From: Eubacteriales bacterium
GTDB lineage: Bacteria; Bacillota; Clostridia; Oscillospirales; CAG-272
Assembly: GCA_045649045.1 (NCBI GenBank)
Contig: JAZRPF010000051.1
Location: 14,471-78,470 of the forward strand
Reading direction: 5' to 3'
Length of the DNA: 64,000 nucleotides
Position 1 is the stretch's first letter. The number at the start of each line of letters is the position of its first letter. Shown here in pieces: positions 27,668-36,039 of this stretch. The notes under the pieces are model-generated. The model had not been told where the DNA came from. It worked only from the letters and a program-made list of their open reading frames with translations, and searched no databases. The position numbers and the translations under genes are program-made.

Positions 27668-28597
27668 TTAATCTATGCAAAATACGCCCAAGACCTCTAC
27701 TTTTGAGTAGTCGCTACCGCTATAGAGGATATGTGGATTTATGATGATTTTTGCCCCTGCTTTGTGTATCCCATCATAAGCAATGGCACAAAACCGCTCC
27801 AAATGACCGTCAACATCAAACAAAATGCTGTTGTATATTTTCAAAAGCTTGTTAACGTGCGCTACATCGTAGCCGACCATTTCGCAAAAATCCGCTACAG
27901 ATATTAACTCAATCTTGTTTATATCCGTTTCCAAAGGGTTGCGACATATCAAGTTGTATTCGATGTTGATATACGGTAACAGCTTGAACAGATAACCTAA
28001 CTGACGGTCATTCTTTCTTGCTGAGGTAGTATATAATCTGCGGATACCCTCAATATAAAACTTTTGGTGTGCTTTTGTTCGTTGTGCCAAACGCCCACGC
28101 TTGAATATATCGTTGTTTGCAAATATCAATCCGTCCGCTTGCTCGGTTAAATAAATGGGACAAACCTCTTTCAAGAAACGTGATACCGTAGAAGCCGATA
28201 CCCCCAACAATGCGGGCAAGTCTGCGCTTTTGATAGGTGTTCTTTCGCTGAACATCAATTTGTTTTCGTAATTCATATACGTATTGAGATATACAAGGCG
28301 CGTTAAGCTTTCGGGGGAAATGTTTGACAACGGAGCTTGCTTTTTTACAAAGTAAAAGTATCCCAAAGGATCGTTGCACCCTCTCTGCAATCCGCGCAAC
28401 ATTTTTGCTTCTTCAAGTTGTCGTTCAAGCTCTTTTCTCCTTTTGTATTCCTCTTGCTGTTCGGGGGTGTATGTGATACTCCCGACGGGAACGATTGTAG
28501 CTACTGTATCTAATACCGCGCCCGTAGCTCGTTGAACCGCTAATATTTTTCCCGTATATTCTTCCATTACATAGTCATAACCTTTTGCTTCAGTCAT
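27668..28597 (-). CDS. Hypothetical protein, possible replication initiator or winged-helix protein of the element
   Basis: 309-aa ORF with an AAAGGAG RBS and an internal HTH-like segment (LPALLGVSASTVSRFLKEV). The functional call rests on position only. Confidence 0.4.
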   Translation of the reverse strand: MTEAKGYDYVMEEYTGKILAVQRATGAVLDTVATIVPVGSITYTPEQQEEYKRRKELERQLEEAKMLRGLQRGCNDPLGYFYFVKKQAPLSNISPESLTRLVYLNTYMNYENKLMFSERTPIKSADLPALLGVSASTVSRFLKEVCPIYLTEQADGLIFANNDIFKRGRLAQRTKAHQKFYIEGIRRLYTTSARKNDRQLGYLFKLLPYINIEYNLICRNPLETDINKIELISVADFCEMVGYDVAHVNKLLKIYNSILFDVDGHLERFCAIAYDGIHKAGAKIIINPHILYSGSDYSKVEVLGVFCID

Positions 28598-28686
28598 TAA
28601 AAACTCCTTTATAAAATTATGGTTTGATATGCCCTAAAAATATGCTCGTGAGTGGGGCATTTCAATCAAGAGCATTGACGGGGATA

Positions 28687-28884
28687 TTAGTTATCCTCGT
28701 CTTGCTCCGTGCGTTTTTCGGCGTGTGAGTGGCTATTTTCACCGCCTACGCCCGCACGATGCGGGTTCTTACCCATTCTAAAAGGGTACAACGCGCATTG
28801 AAAGCACGTGCACAAACGTACCTCTTTTGGTTGGTCGCAACAGCAATCAAGACAATGCTGTCTTATAGCTTGCATAGGTGTCAT
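28687..28884 (-). CDS. Small Cys-rich (zinc-ribbon-like) protein
   Basis: MTPMQAIRQHCLDCCCDQPKEVRLCTCFQCALYPFRMGKNPHR is a pattern common in phage and ICE accessory regions. Confidence 0.5.
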   Translation of the reverse strand: MTPMQAIRQHCLDCCCDQPKEVRLCTCFQCALYPFRMGKNPHRAGVGGENSHSHAEKRTEQDEDN

Positions 28885-29155
28885 ACCGTCGGTATCTCCT
28901 TTCCGTAATACTCACGGAATATTAAGTAGGTGACGGCAACTGCATAAACGACAAAAAGCGGGTATGCACCTTAAAAAGATATAGCTATCACTATACTTAA
29001 AAGGTATGCACACCCGCTATCAGCAAGGTTATGATATTCCTACTATGAGCAGGAATATGTAAAAACTCAATGCACACTATTCCATTATATCAATTATTAT
29101 ACCACACTTTAACATACTTGTCAATAGGTTTTTGAAAATTTCTCAAAAATATTTT

Positions 29156-29350
29156 TTATTCCTCGCTCTGACTTAACAGCAGATCAATGGCGCGGTTAAT
29201 AAAGGCGTTTACACTCTCCCCGTTCTCTGTGGCGCGTTGCTGTATAAGTTCCTTTTTGCCCTTCTTCACCATAAGGTTAATTCTGTCATACGCGCCCTTG
29301 TTATAATCGTTGTTGTAGCTGATAGTTTTTGCTTTATCCTTATATGCCAT
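29156..29350 (-). CDS. Ribbon-helix-helix (Arc/CopG-like) DNA-binding protein
   Basis: MAYKDKAKTISYNNDYNKGAYDRINLMVKKGKKELIQQRATENGESVNAFINRAIDLLL. The start at 29350 has an AAAGGAGA RBS. Confidence 0.6.
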   Translation of the reverse strand: MAYKDKAKTISYNNDYNKGAYDRINLMVKKGKKELIQQRATENGESVNAFINRAIDLLLSQSEE

Positions 29351-29489
29351 ATCGGTATCTCCTTTTATATCCGTGTGAGTGAAAAGGAACGACACACCTA
29401 AAAACACAGACGGCGTATTTTTCCACGGTGTAAAATATTCCGTCCTCTCGGTTGTGTGCTCTGTTTCTTTTTTATTATATCACAAGTCG

Positions 29490-29580
29490 GAACATTGTGC
29501 AATGTACAAAATGCACAAAAATTCGCAGAAGAACATTGTGCAATGTGCCGATTGACTTCCATTGCTCAATGTGCTATAAT
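29490..29580 (+). promoter_or_regulatory. Promoter (TTGACT 29552-29557, TATAAT 29575-29580) with three ACATTG-nn-CAATGT operator palindromes
   Basis: GAACATTGTGCAATGT occurs at 29490-29505 and again at 29531-29546. A degenerate copy, CCATTGCTCAATGTGC at 29559-29574, lies between the -35 and -10 elements. Confidence 0.6.
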
Positions 29581-29636
29581 GGTATCACAACGGGACGGAC
29601 ACCGCCCCGAATATAAAAGACAAAGGAGATAGAAAA

Positions 29637-29912
29637 ATGTCAGTAAACGAAATGGAAACAAAAATTGCAAGGTTGCAGGAATGGGAAGCAATCGCAGAGG
29701 AAGCAAGAGCAGAAGCGGAAGCGTTAAAGGATGAAATCAAAGCCGAAATGCTCTCCCGCGATACTGAGGAAATGGAAGCGGGGCGTTTCATCATCCGTTG
29801 GACTTCGGTACTTTCTAACCGCTTCGACACTACAAGCTTCAAAAAGGAACACGGCGACCTTTACAAGCTCTATACCAAGCAATCCGCAAGCCGTCGTTTC
29901 AGTATTGCATAA
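29637..29912 (+). CDS. Hypothetical coiled-coil protein of the element
   Basis: 91-aa ORF with an AAAGGAGA RBS. An N-terminal coiled coil (IARLQEWEAIAEEARAEAEALKDEIKAEM) is followed by FIIRWTSVLSNRFDTTSFKKEHGDLY. Confidence 0.5.
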   Translation: MSVNEMETKIARLQEWEAIAEEARAEAEALKDEIKAEMLSRDTEEMEAGRFIIRWTSVLSNRFDTTSFKKEHGDLYKLYTKQSASRRFSIA

Positions 29913-30054
29913 GAAAAAGCCCTTTACAAAAGCCACCGACCAAAGCGACAACGTAAAGAGCTTACCCACCCCCATCACGGAGCGGGTACATATATTATAA
30001 CGTATCCGCTCCTAAAAATCAACATCAAAATTATTGAATTTAGGAGAATTTACA

Positions 30055-30711
30055 ATGAAACAAATAACCAATATGTCCCGCCTTGTCAATCAGCTTGAAA
30101 AGTGCTTCCGTTTGCTCAATCAAGATTTTTTCAACGGCGAGCTTCCAACCCCGATTATTACAGTAATACCCACGCCCAAAGCATACGCCCACTACGTTCC
30201 ATATGATATATGGGATACAAAAGACGATAGCAAGCGCGAGATAAACATAGCAAGCGGAACACTCAACCGCCCGCTTGAAAATGTCATTGCTTCCTTACTG
30301 CACGAAATGGTGCATATGTACAACGATTGTATTCTCAATATCCAAGATACAAGCCGAAACGGTACATATCACAACCGCCAATTTGCCAAACAAGCAGAAG
30401 CACACGGGCTTATTGTTACCCGTTCTGAGAAATACGGATACGCGCACACCGCACCCGCCGACAGTTTGCTTGAATGGGTACTTAATCACGATGAGTTGCG
30501 CGAGATCGAAATTTGCCGTTCTAACCCCTTTTATAACGCCGTAGGAATAGGCACACACGCAAGCAACGGCGGGGCTATATCAACGACCACCGCAAACAAG
30601 AACAGCCACAGCCGACATTATATCTGTCCCTGCTGTCATACCATTGTGCGAGCTACAAAGGTAGTCAACATCATATGCGGGGATTGTATGGAGCGTATGG
30701 AAGAACGCTGA
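30055..30711 (+). CDS. SprT-like zinc metalloprotease domain protein with C-terminal zinc ribbon
   Basis: Carries the HExxH motif LLHEMVHMYN and a C-terminal CPCCHTIVRATKVVNIICGDC. RBS AGGAGA. Confidence 0.75.
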   Translation: MKQITNMSRLVNQLEKCFRLLNQDFFNGELPTPIITVIPTPKAYAHYVPYDIWDTKDDSKREINIASGTLNRPLENVIASLLHEMVHMYNDCILNIQDTSRNGTYHNRQFAKQAEAHGLIVTRSEKYGYAHTAPADSLLEWVLNHDELREIEICRSNPFYNAVGIGTHASNGGAISTTTANKNSHSRHYICPCCHTIVRATKVVNIICGDCMERMEER

Positions 30712-30718
30712 CACAGAC

Positions 30719-30746
30719 GGCGGGGAGAAATCCCCGCCACGTTTTT
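30719..30746 (+). terminator. Intrinsic terminator after the SprT-like gene
   Basis: GGCGGGGA-gaaa-TCCCCGCC followed by ACGTTTTT. Confidence 0.75.
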
Positions 30747-30915
30747 GAAGTTAACATTACAAAAAAATCAAGAGGGGGGATATCGCGCCCTCTCTGTACC
30801 AAAACAGCCCTATCAATATGCAGTATCAAAAGTGCTCGGTAAACTGCTCAAAATGCAGTTTGCCGACAGTACGAAAAGAACCGAAGGAAAGTTTTGCGAC
30901 AAAGGAGATTGAAAA

Positions 30916-31593
30916 ATGAAACAATACGGTTATGCACGTATCAGTACACATAAACAACGAATTGAAAGACAGCTACGCAACATCAAAGCGGAATATCCCT
31001 CAGCGGTCATTTTACAAGACGAATACACGGGAACAAAGCTCTCCCGCCCGTCGTGGGACAAGCTGATGAAGGTTATTAAAGACGGTGATATGATTATTTT
31101 TGATTCTGTATCCCGTATGTCAAGAAATGCTGAGGAAGGGTTTGCGGTATATGAAGCCTTATACAACCGAGGTATAGAGCTTATATTTCTTAAAGAGCCT
31201 CACATAAACACCCAAACATATAAAAAGGCAGTACAGAGCTCCGTGCCAATGACGGGAACGGCGGTCGATTACATCTTAGAGGGTATCAATAAATATCTGT
31301 TAGAGCTTGCTAAAGAGCAAATACGCCTTGCATTTGAGCAAGCGGAAAAAGAGGTTGAGGATTTGCACCAACGTACAAAAGAGGGGCTTATAACCGCCCG
31401 CTTGAATGGTAAACAGATAGGCATACCAAAAGGAACAAAGCTCACGACAAAAAAGAGCGTATCCGCAAAAGAAATCATACGCACTCACTCTAAGGATTTT
31501 GGCGGTACGCTGACAGACACGGAATGTATCAAGCTCGCGGGCATATCGCGTAATAGTTTCTATAAGTACAAGGCAGAGCTACGGGACGAATAA
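30916..31593 (+). CDS. Serine recombinase (resolvase/invertase family)
   Basis: MKQYGYARISTHKQRIERQ... contains the catalytic Ser context. It also has DSVSRMSRN and a C-terminal HTH (GISRNSFYKYK). Confidence 0.9.
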   Translation: MKQYGYARISTHKQRIERQLRNIKAEYPSAVILQDEYTGTKLSRPSWDKLMKVIKDGDMIIFDSVSRMSRNAEEGFAVYEALYNRGIELIFLKEPHINTQTYKKAVQSSVPMTGTAVDYILEGINKYLLELAKEQIRLAFEQAEKEVEDLHQRTKEGLITARLNGKQIGIPKGTKLTTKKSVSAKEIIRTHSKDFGGTLTDTECIKLAGISRNSFYKYKAELRDE

Positions 31594-31596
31594 GAA

Positions 31597-31620
31597 AAGG
31601 GGGATTTCGTCCCCCTTTAG
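31597..31620. terminator. Bidirectional terminator between the recombinase and the convergent GLUG gene
   Basis: AAGGGGGA-tttcg-TCCCCCTT with flanking A/T runs. Confidence 0.75.
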
Positions 31621-31626
31621 TATAGA

Positions 31627-33819
31627 TCACTTTAGTATTGGATATTCTCCGTCAGTCAAAGCCCAAACCGAATCATCCCAAGAAATAATATCTTTATGAA
31701 ATGAAATTGTTTTTATTATTTCCATAGATTTTGCTTGACCAAGTGAATTGGTCGGTTCGGTAGAGTGCTTATCTTTAATGTCAATACTAAAAGATTGATT
31801 TTCATAATAATAACAATTGGCGACAGTTCCGTTGTTGTTATTTCCTACTATTGCACCTGCATTTCCCAGCCAATTCTCCGTAGACAAAAAGATATTACAA
31901 ACAGCGTAACAATTCGCAACGACACTATAATTGCATCCAATCAATCCGCCTACATAAGCAATATCGGATTCAACGTATATATCTCCAATAGCATAACTGT
32001 TGTGTACTCCCCCCTTGCTGTAACCTACCAAGCCGCCACTATATCCACCGCAAGTGGAGTTGGAAACAACCGTACCTTTAGCATAGCAATTCCTAACGGT
32101 TCCATTTCCCGCAATTCCTTCGTGATAGCCTATTAAACCACCAACATAACTTCCATATGAATATTCATTTTGGCTTGTGCTTGTTGCGCTTATATAACCT
32201 GTTGCGTAACATTCGCTTATATCACCTACAGAATTATATGCAACTAATCCACCTGCATAACTATTACTAAATGAGGGAGAAAAACTATATGCTGTTACGT
32301 TACCCGTAGCATAGGAGTTTGATATTTTTCCATCATTATAACCTACAAGCCCTCCAGCATAGCTATAAGAATCAATCATATCATAATCTCCACCAAGAAC
32401 AGTTCCTATACTTGTAGCCGTTGTTGAGCCTGTTGCATAGCAATCTACAATGTGCCCATTATTTAGTTGAATTGTGGTTGTATTATTATACCCTATAAAT
32501 CCACCTACATAGCTGTAACTATCTTTGGTTTGATTGCTTGAATTGGTGGTAGAAGTTACATCGCCACTTGCGTAGCAATTCTCGTAATAGCCACCATTAT
32601 TATAGCCTACAAATCCACCTGCATAACAAAAGCCGTGTTCTTTCTTTGAACTAAATCCGACAACAGAGATTCTTCCCGAAGCAGAACTGTTTGAAAGTAC
32701 AAGATAATTACGAACATCTCCTATCAATCCACCCGCAATACATTCTTTACCCGATTCAGTTATACTTATATTTACAGAGGCAGAGCAGTTCGAGACTGTT
32801 TCTTCTTCGAATACACGCCCAACTAACCCGCCGACATAATTGCAATCATATCCCGAAATTTGGATCGAGCCTGAGGCATAACAATTTTGGAGTATTCCAT
32901 TTCGATGAATACCGAGTAGTCCACCTGCATATATAGTTGTTCCATCAGTTGCACTAACATTTATTGAAAAATTGTCCAGAATTAAATTTTGAATAGTGGA
33001 GCTGTTACTATATCCAAAGAACCCTATATATTTTGAAGGAGCGGTAATCTTAAAATTATACACTCTATGCCCATTACCATCAAACACCCCTGTAAAACAA
33101 TATGTGTTCGATGTTCCGATAGGTTTCCACTCCGCACCACCCAAATCAATATCCGAAGTCAAAACATAATTACCGTTCATTGAAATGTTTTTCAATTCTT
33201 GTGCTGTGGAAATGGTGGTATATGGATAATAGCAATGTGAACACCAATTATCTTTTATGCTATGTTCAGTTTTTTTTATTATTTCTTGCTTAATTATTAC
33301 CGTATTACACACAAAACAACGGCTTCCTTCGGTTAAGCCCGTTTGAGTACAAGAAGCTTCTACGGCAGAATCAATAACTACGGTATGTTCCTTTTTAATT
33401 ACTATTTCTTGTTCTACCAAAACAGCGTTGCAAACAGAGCAATGGCGACCTTCGGTCTTTCCCGATTCTTGACACGTTGCTTCTATCGCGCTATCTATTA
33501 CAATGGTATGTTCAAGTTTATTTATGGTATCGGTTTGTTTGGTATCGCATTTAGAGCAACTGCGCTCTTTTGTGCCTTCTTTTTCACACGTTGCGGTTGA
33601 TATTGTTACCCATTCACCAAAGCTATGTGTGCACACTGTTGGTGTATCATCCGTAGTTGGTGTATCATCAGTAGTCGGCGTATTGTCTGTTACGGGATTA
33701 TTCGTCTGTTGGTTAGTCGTATTGTTGTCTGTATCTATAGGGGGATTATCTGTATTATCACACGCAACTAACACAAATAACAATAGTATGATACAAAGAA
33801 TAGGCAGTATTTTTCTCAT
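31627..33819 (-). CDS. Surface lipoprotein with Cys3-His repeat modules and about ten GLUG-motif repeats
   Basis: The start MRKILPILCIILLLFVLVACDN (lipobox, GGAGGT RBS) is at 33819. It contains a TPTTDD low-complexity stretch, three C-x-C...H modules, and then repeated Y(A/V)GG(L/F)(V/I)G GLUG-type units. Confidence 0.75.
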   Translation of the reverse strand: MRKILPILCIILLLFVLVACDNTDNPPIDTDNNTTNQQTNNPVTDNTPTTDDTPTTDDTPTVCTHSFGEWVTISTATCEKEGTKERSCSKCDTKQTDTINKLEHTIVIDSAIEATCQESGKTEGRHCSVCNAVLVEQEIVIKKEHTVVIDSAVEASCTQTGLTEGSRCFVCNTVIIKQEIIKKTEHSIKDNWCSHCYYPYTTISTAQELKNISMNGNYVLTSDIDLGGAEWKPIGTSNTYCFTGVFDGNGHRVYNFKITAPSKYIGFFGYSNSSTIQNLILDNFSINVSATDGTTIYAGGLLGIHRNGILQNCYASGSIQISGYDCNYVGGLVGRVFEEETVSNCSASVNISITESGKECIAGGLIGDVRNYLVLSNSSASGRISVVGFSSKKEHGFCYAGGFVGYNNGGYYENCYASGDVTSTTNSSNQTKDSYSYVGGFIGYNNTTTIQLNNGHIVDCYATGSTTATSIGTVLGGDYDMIDSYSYAGGLVGYNDGKISNSYATGNVTAYSFSPSFSNSYAGGLVAYNSVGDISECYATGYISATSTSQNEYSYGSYVGGLIGYHEGIAGNGTVRNCYAKGTVVSNSTCGGYSGGLVGYSKGGVHNSYAIGDIYVESDIAYVGGLIGCNYSVVANCYAVCNIFLSTENWLGNAGAIVGNNNNGTVANCYYYENQSFSIDIKDKHSTEPTNSLGQAKSMEIIKTISFHKDIISWDDSVWALTDGEYPILK

Positions 33820-34091
33820 ATTTACCTCCAAATAAAAAGGGTGTGACCTCAATAGAAGTCGCACCCGAAAAACGCAAACTCCTATTGTTGCCACACAATT
33901 TATCAACAAATAAGGATTACTCTCCGTATTCATCAGCGGAATTTGCATTTTTACCAAATTCAAACTGACAAATAGGCAAAAAGGGTATACTTACAAAACC
34001 CTCTATAAAAATAGAGAGCTCACCTTGTGAAAGAATGTTGATTAAATTATGTGGCAGTTACAATTATATCATAAAAACAGCGTTTTGTCAA
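33820..34091 (-). promoter_or_regulatory. Consensus promoter plus ~235-nt structured leader with intrinsic terminator (copy 1 of a conserved leader RNA)
   Basis: All elements below are on the minus strand.
- Promoter: TTGACA (34091-34086), 17-nt spacer, TATAAT (34068-34063).
- P1: GCCACATAATTT (34055-34044) pairs with AAATTGTGTGGC (33901-33890).
- Hairpin: GAATTT-GGTAAAAATGC-AAATTC (33961-33939).
- Terminator: GGGTGCGAC...GTCACACCC plus TTTTTATTT (33866-33830), ending directly before the RBS. Confidence 0.65.
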
Positions 34092-34137
34092 TCCGTTACG
34101 GCAGATTTGAAGGGTGTGGGCGGGATTTGAAAAGAAA

Positions 34138-34193
34138 AAATCCACAGTTTAATCCGCTGTGGATTTTACGTGGATTTTCTGGCTCGTGGATTT
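34138..34193. repeat. Candidate integrase arm-type sites near the right end of the element
   Basis: AAATCCAC at 34138-34145. GTGGATTT at 34159-34166, 34170-34177 and 34186-34193. The same octamer occurs near the left end. Confidence 0.6.
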
Positions 34194-34275
34194 TTCTTTG
34201 TATGGAAAAAGGGCTCTCGATTTGCACCGAAAGCCCTAAAAAATATGATTTTTTGATCTAAAATGAGGTTTTTTC

Positions 34276-35283
34276 TTACTTCGAAGCTTCTTCAATCGCA
34301 ACGGCAACAGCAACCGTCATACCAACCATGGGGTTGTTACCTGCGCCGATGAGACCCATCATCTCAACATGAGCGGGAACAGAAGAGGAGCCTGCGAACT
34401 GTGCATCACCGTGCATACGGCCCATGGAGTCGGTCAAGCCGTAAGAAGCGGGGCCTGCTGCCATGTTATCGGGATGCAGGGTACGGCCCGTACCGCCGCC
34501 CGATGCAACCGAGAAGTACTTTTTACCTGTCTCATAGGACCACTTCTTATAAGTGCCTGCGACCAAATGCTGAAAACGAGTCGGGTTGGTGGAGTTACCT
34601 GTAATCGAAACATCAACACCCTCATGCTTCATGATGGCAACGCCTTCCAGAACATCGTTTGCACCGTAGCAACGAACCTTTGCCTTCTCACCGTCGGAAT
34701 AAGGAACGGTGCGGACAACAGTCAATTCATCTGTATAGAAATCATAGGAGGTTTCAACATAGGTAAAGCCGTTGATACGGGAAATGATGTACGCGGCGTC
34801 CTTGCCAAGACCGTTCAAAATGATTTGGAGAGGCTCTTTACGAACACGGTTTGCCTTCTTTGCAATACCGATCGCGCCCTCTGCTGCTGCAAAGGACTCA
34901 TGACCTGCAAGGAAGCAGAAGCACTTTGTCTCTTCGCGGAGGAGCATTGCTGCCAGATTACCGTGGCCGAGACCAACCTTACGGGTTTCAGCAACAGAGC
35001 CGGGGATGCAGAATGCCTGCAAGCCAATACCGATAGCTTCAGCAGCCTCTGCTGCGGTGGTGATACCCTTCTTAATGGCAATCGCACAACCGAGCGTATA
35101 TGCCCAGCTTGCGTTATCGAAAGCGATGGGCTGAACACCCTTTACGATTTCATCTACATTAATGCCTCTTTTTGCGCAAATATCGCGAGCGTCCTCAAGG
35201 TCAGCGATGCCGTACTCTGCCATGCAAGCCTTGATTTTTTCAATTCTTCTTTCGTATCCTTCAAATTTTACATTGTTCGACAT
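34276..35283 (-). CDS. GGGtGRT-family protein (function unknown)
   Basis: Contains the eponymous motif ...FSVASGGGTGRTLHPDNMAAGPASYG.... The start at 35283 has a GGGAGGA RBS. Its last codons are supplied by the inserted element. Confidence 0.8.
   Translation of the reverse strand: MSNNVKFEGYERRIEKIKACMAEYGIADLEDARDICAKRGINVDEIVKGVQPIAFDNASWAYTLGCAIAIKKGITTAAEAAEAIGIGLQAFCIPGSVAETRKVGLGHGNLAAMLLREETKCFCFLAGHESFAAAEGAIGIAKKANRVRKEPLQIILNGLGKDAAYIISRINGFTYVETSYDFYTDELTVVRTVPYSDGEKAKVRCYGANDVLEGVAIMKHEGVDVSITGNSTNPTRFQHLVAGTYKKWSYETGKKYFSVASGGGTGRTLHPDNMAAGPASYGLTDSMGRMHGDAQFAGSSSVPAHVEMMGLIGAGNNPMVGMTVAVAVAIEEASK
34289..34342. repeat. att direct repeat, right copy (inside the 3' end of the GGGtGRT gene)
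   Basis: Identical over 54 bp to 25227-25280. Confidence 0.9.
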
Positions 35284-35300
35284 GTTCACTATCCTCCCTA

Positions 35301-36011
35301 TCATTCTTCGCGGGGGTCGATGTACTTCACGGCACCGTCGGCTTCGGAATATCTACCGTAGGTCTTGATGTTTGCCTCATATGCTTCCTTGGGGTCTGTA
35401 CCCTTGCGGATGGCCTCCATCATCTTGCCGAGATGTACAAAGCGATAACCGATGACTTCACTATTCTTATCAAGTGCCAGATTCAGAATGTAACCTTCAG
35501 CCATCTCAAGATAACGAACACCCTTCTTCTTGGTTGCGAAAATGGTACCGACTTGCGAACGGAGTCCCTTACCGAGATCCTCAAGCGATGCGCCGACAGG
35601 AAGTCCGTTTTCGGAGAAAGCGGTCTGCGAACGGCCGTAAGCGAGCTGCTTGAAGATTTCACGCATTGCCACATTGATAGCATCGCAAACAAGGTCTGTA
35701 TTGAGAGCTTCGAGCAAGGTCTTGCCCTGAAGAATCTCGCCTGCCATAGCAGCGGAGTGTGTCATACCGGAGCATCCGCAGGTCTCAACAAGAGCCTCCT
35801 CGATGATACCTTGCTTCACATTCAAGGTCAGCTTGCACATACCCTGCTGGGGTGCGCACCAGCCAATACCGTGCGAAAGACCTGAAATGTCCTTGATCTC
35901 ATAAACCTTCACCCACTGGCCTTCTTCAGGAATGGGAGCGGGACCGTGATGAGGGCCCTTGGCAATAGGACACATACTTTCTACTTCGTGGGAATAGAGA
36001 ATTTCACTCAT
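35301..36011 (-). CDS. NifU/IscU-N-terminal-like Fe-S scaffold-like protein (function unknown in this context)
   Basis: Contains ...GIGWCAPQQGMCKLTLNVKQGIIEEALVETCGCSGMTHSAAMAGEILQGKTLLEAL.... RBS AAAGGAGA. The stop is 18 nt upstream of the ATG of the next gene, with the GGGAGGA RBS in between. Confidence 0.65.
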   Translation of the reverse strand: MSEILYSHEVESMCPIAKGPHHGPAPIPEEGQWVKVYEIKDISGLSHGIGWCAPQQGMCKLTLNVKQGIIEEALVETCGCSGMTHSAAMAGEILQGKTLLEALNTDLVCDAINVAMREIFKQLAYGRSQTAFSENGLPVGASLEDLGKGLRSQVGTIFATKKKGVRYLEMAEGYILNLALDKNSEVIGYRFVHLGKMMEAIRKGTDPKEAYEANIKTYGRYSEADGAVKYIDPREE

Positions 36012-36039
36012 TTTTTTGTCTCCTTTACAGTTTTCGCTG

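Larger units (their letters stand above)
25227..34342. mobile_element. Integrative (possibly mobilizable) element of ~9.1 kb, bounded by perfect 54-bp direct repeats
   Basis: The direct repeats at 25227-25280 and 34289-34342 are identical over 54 of 54 bp. A tyrosine integrase and Xis sit next to the left repeat. GTGGATTT arm-type repeats lie inside both ends. The interior is visibly AT-richer and carries a serine recombinase, an SprT-like protein, an RHH protein and a Rep-like gene. Confidence 0.85.

Noticed and set aside
33964-34275. Invertible promoter (phase-variation switch) for the GLUG gene, driven by the nearby serine recombinase
   Set aside because: I looked for inverted repeats bracketing the promoter at 34063-34091. 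The only repeats present are GTGGATTT arm-type motifs shared with the other element end, which are better explained as integrase sites.
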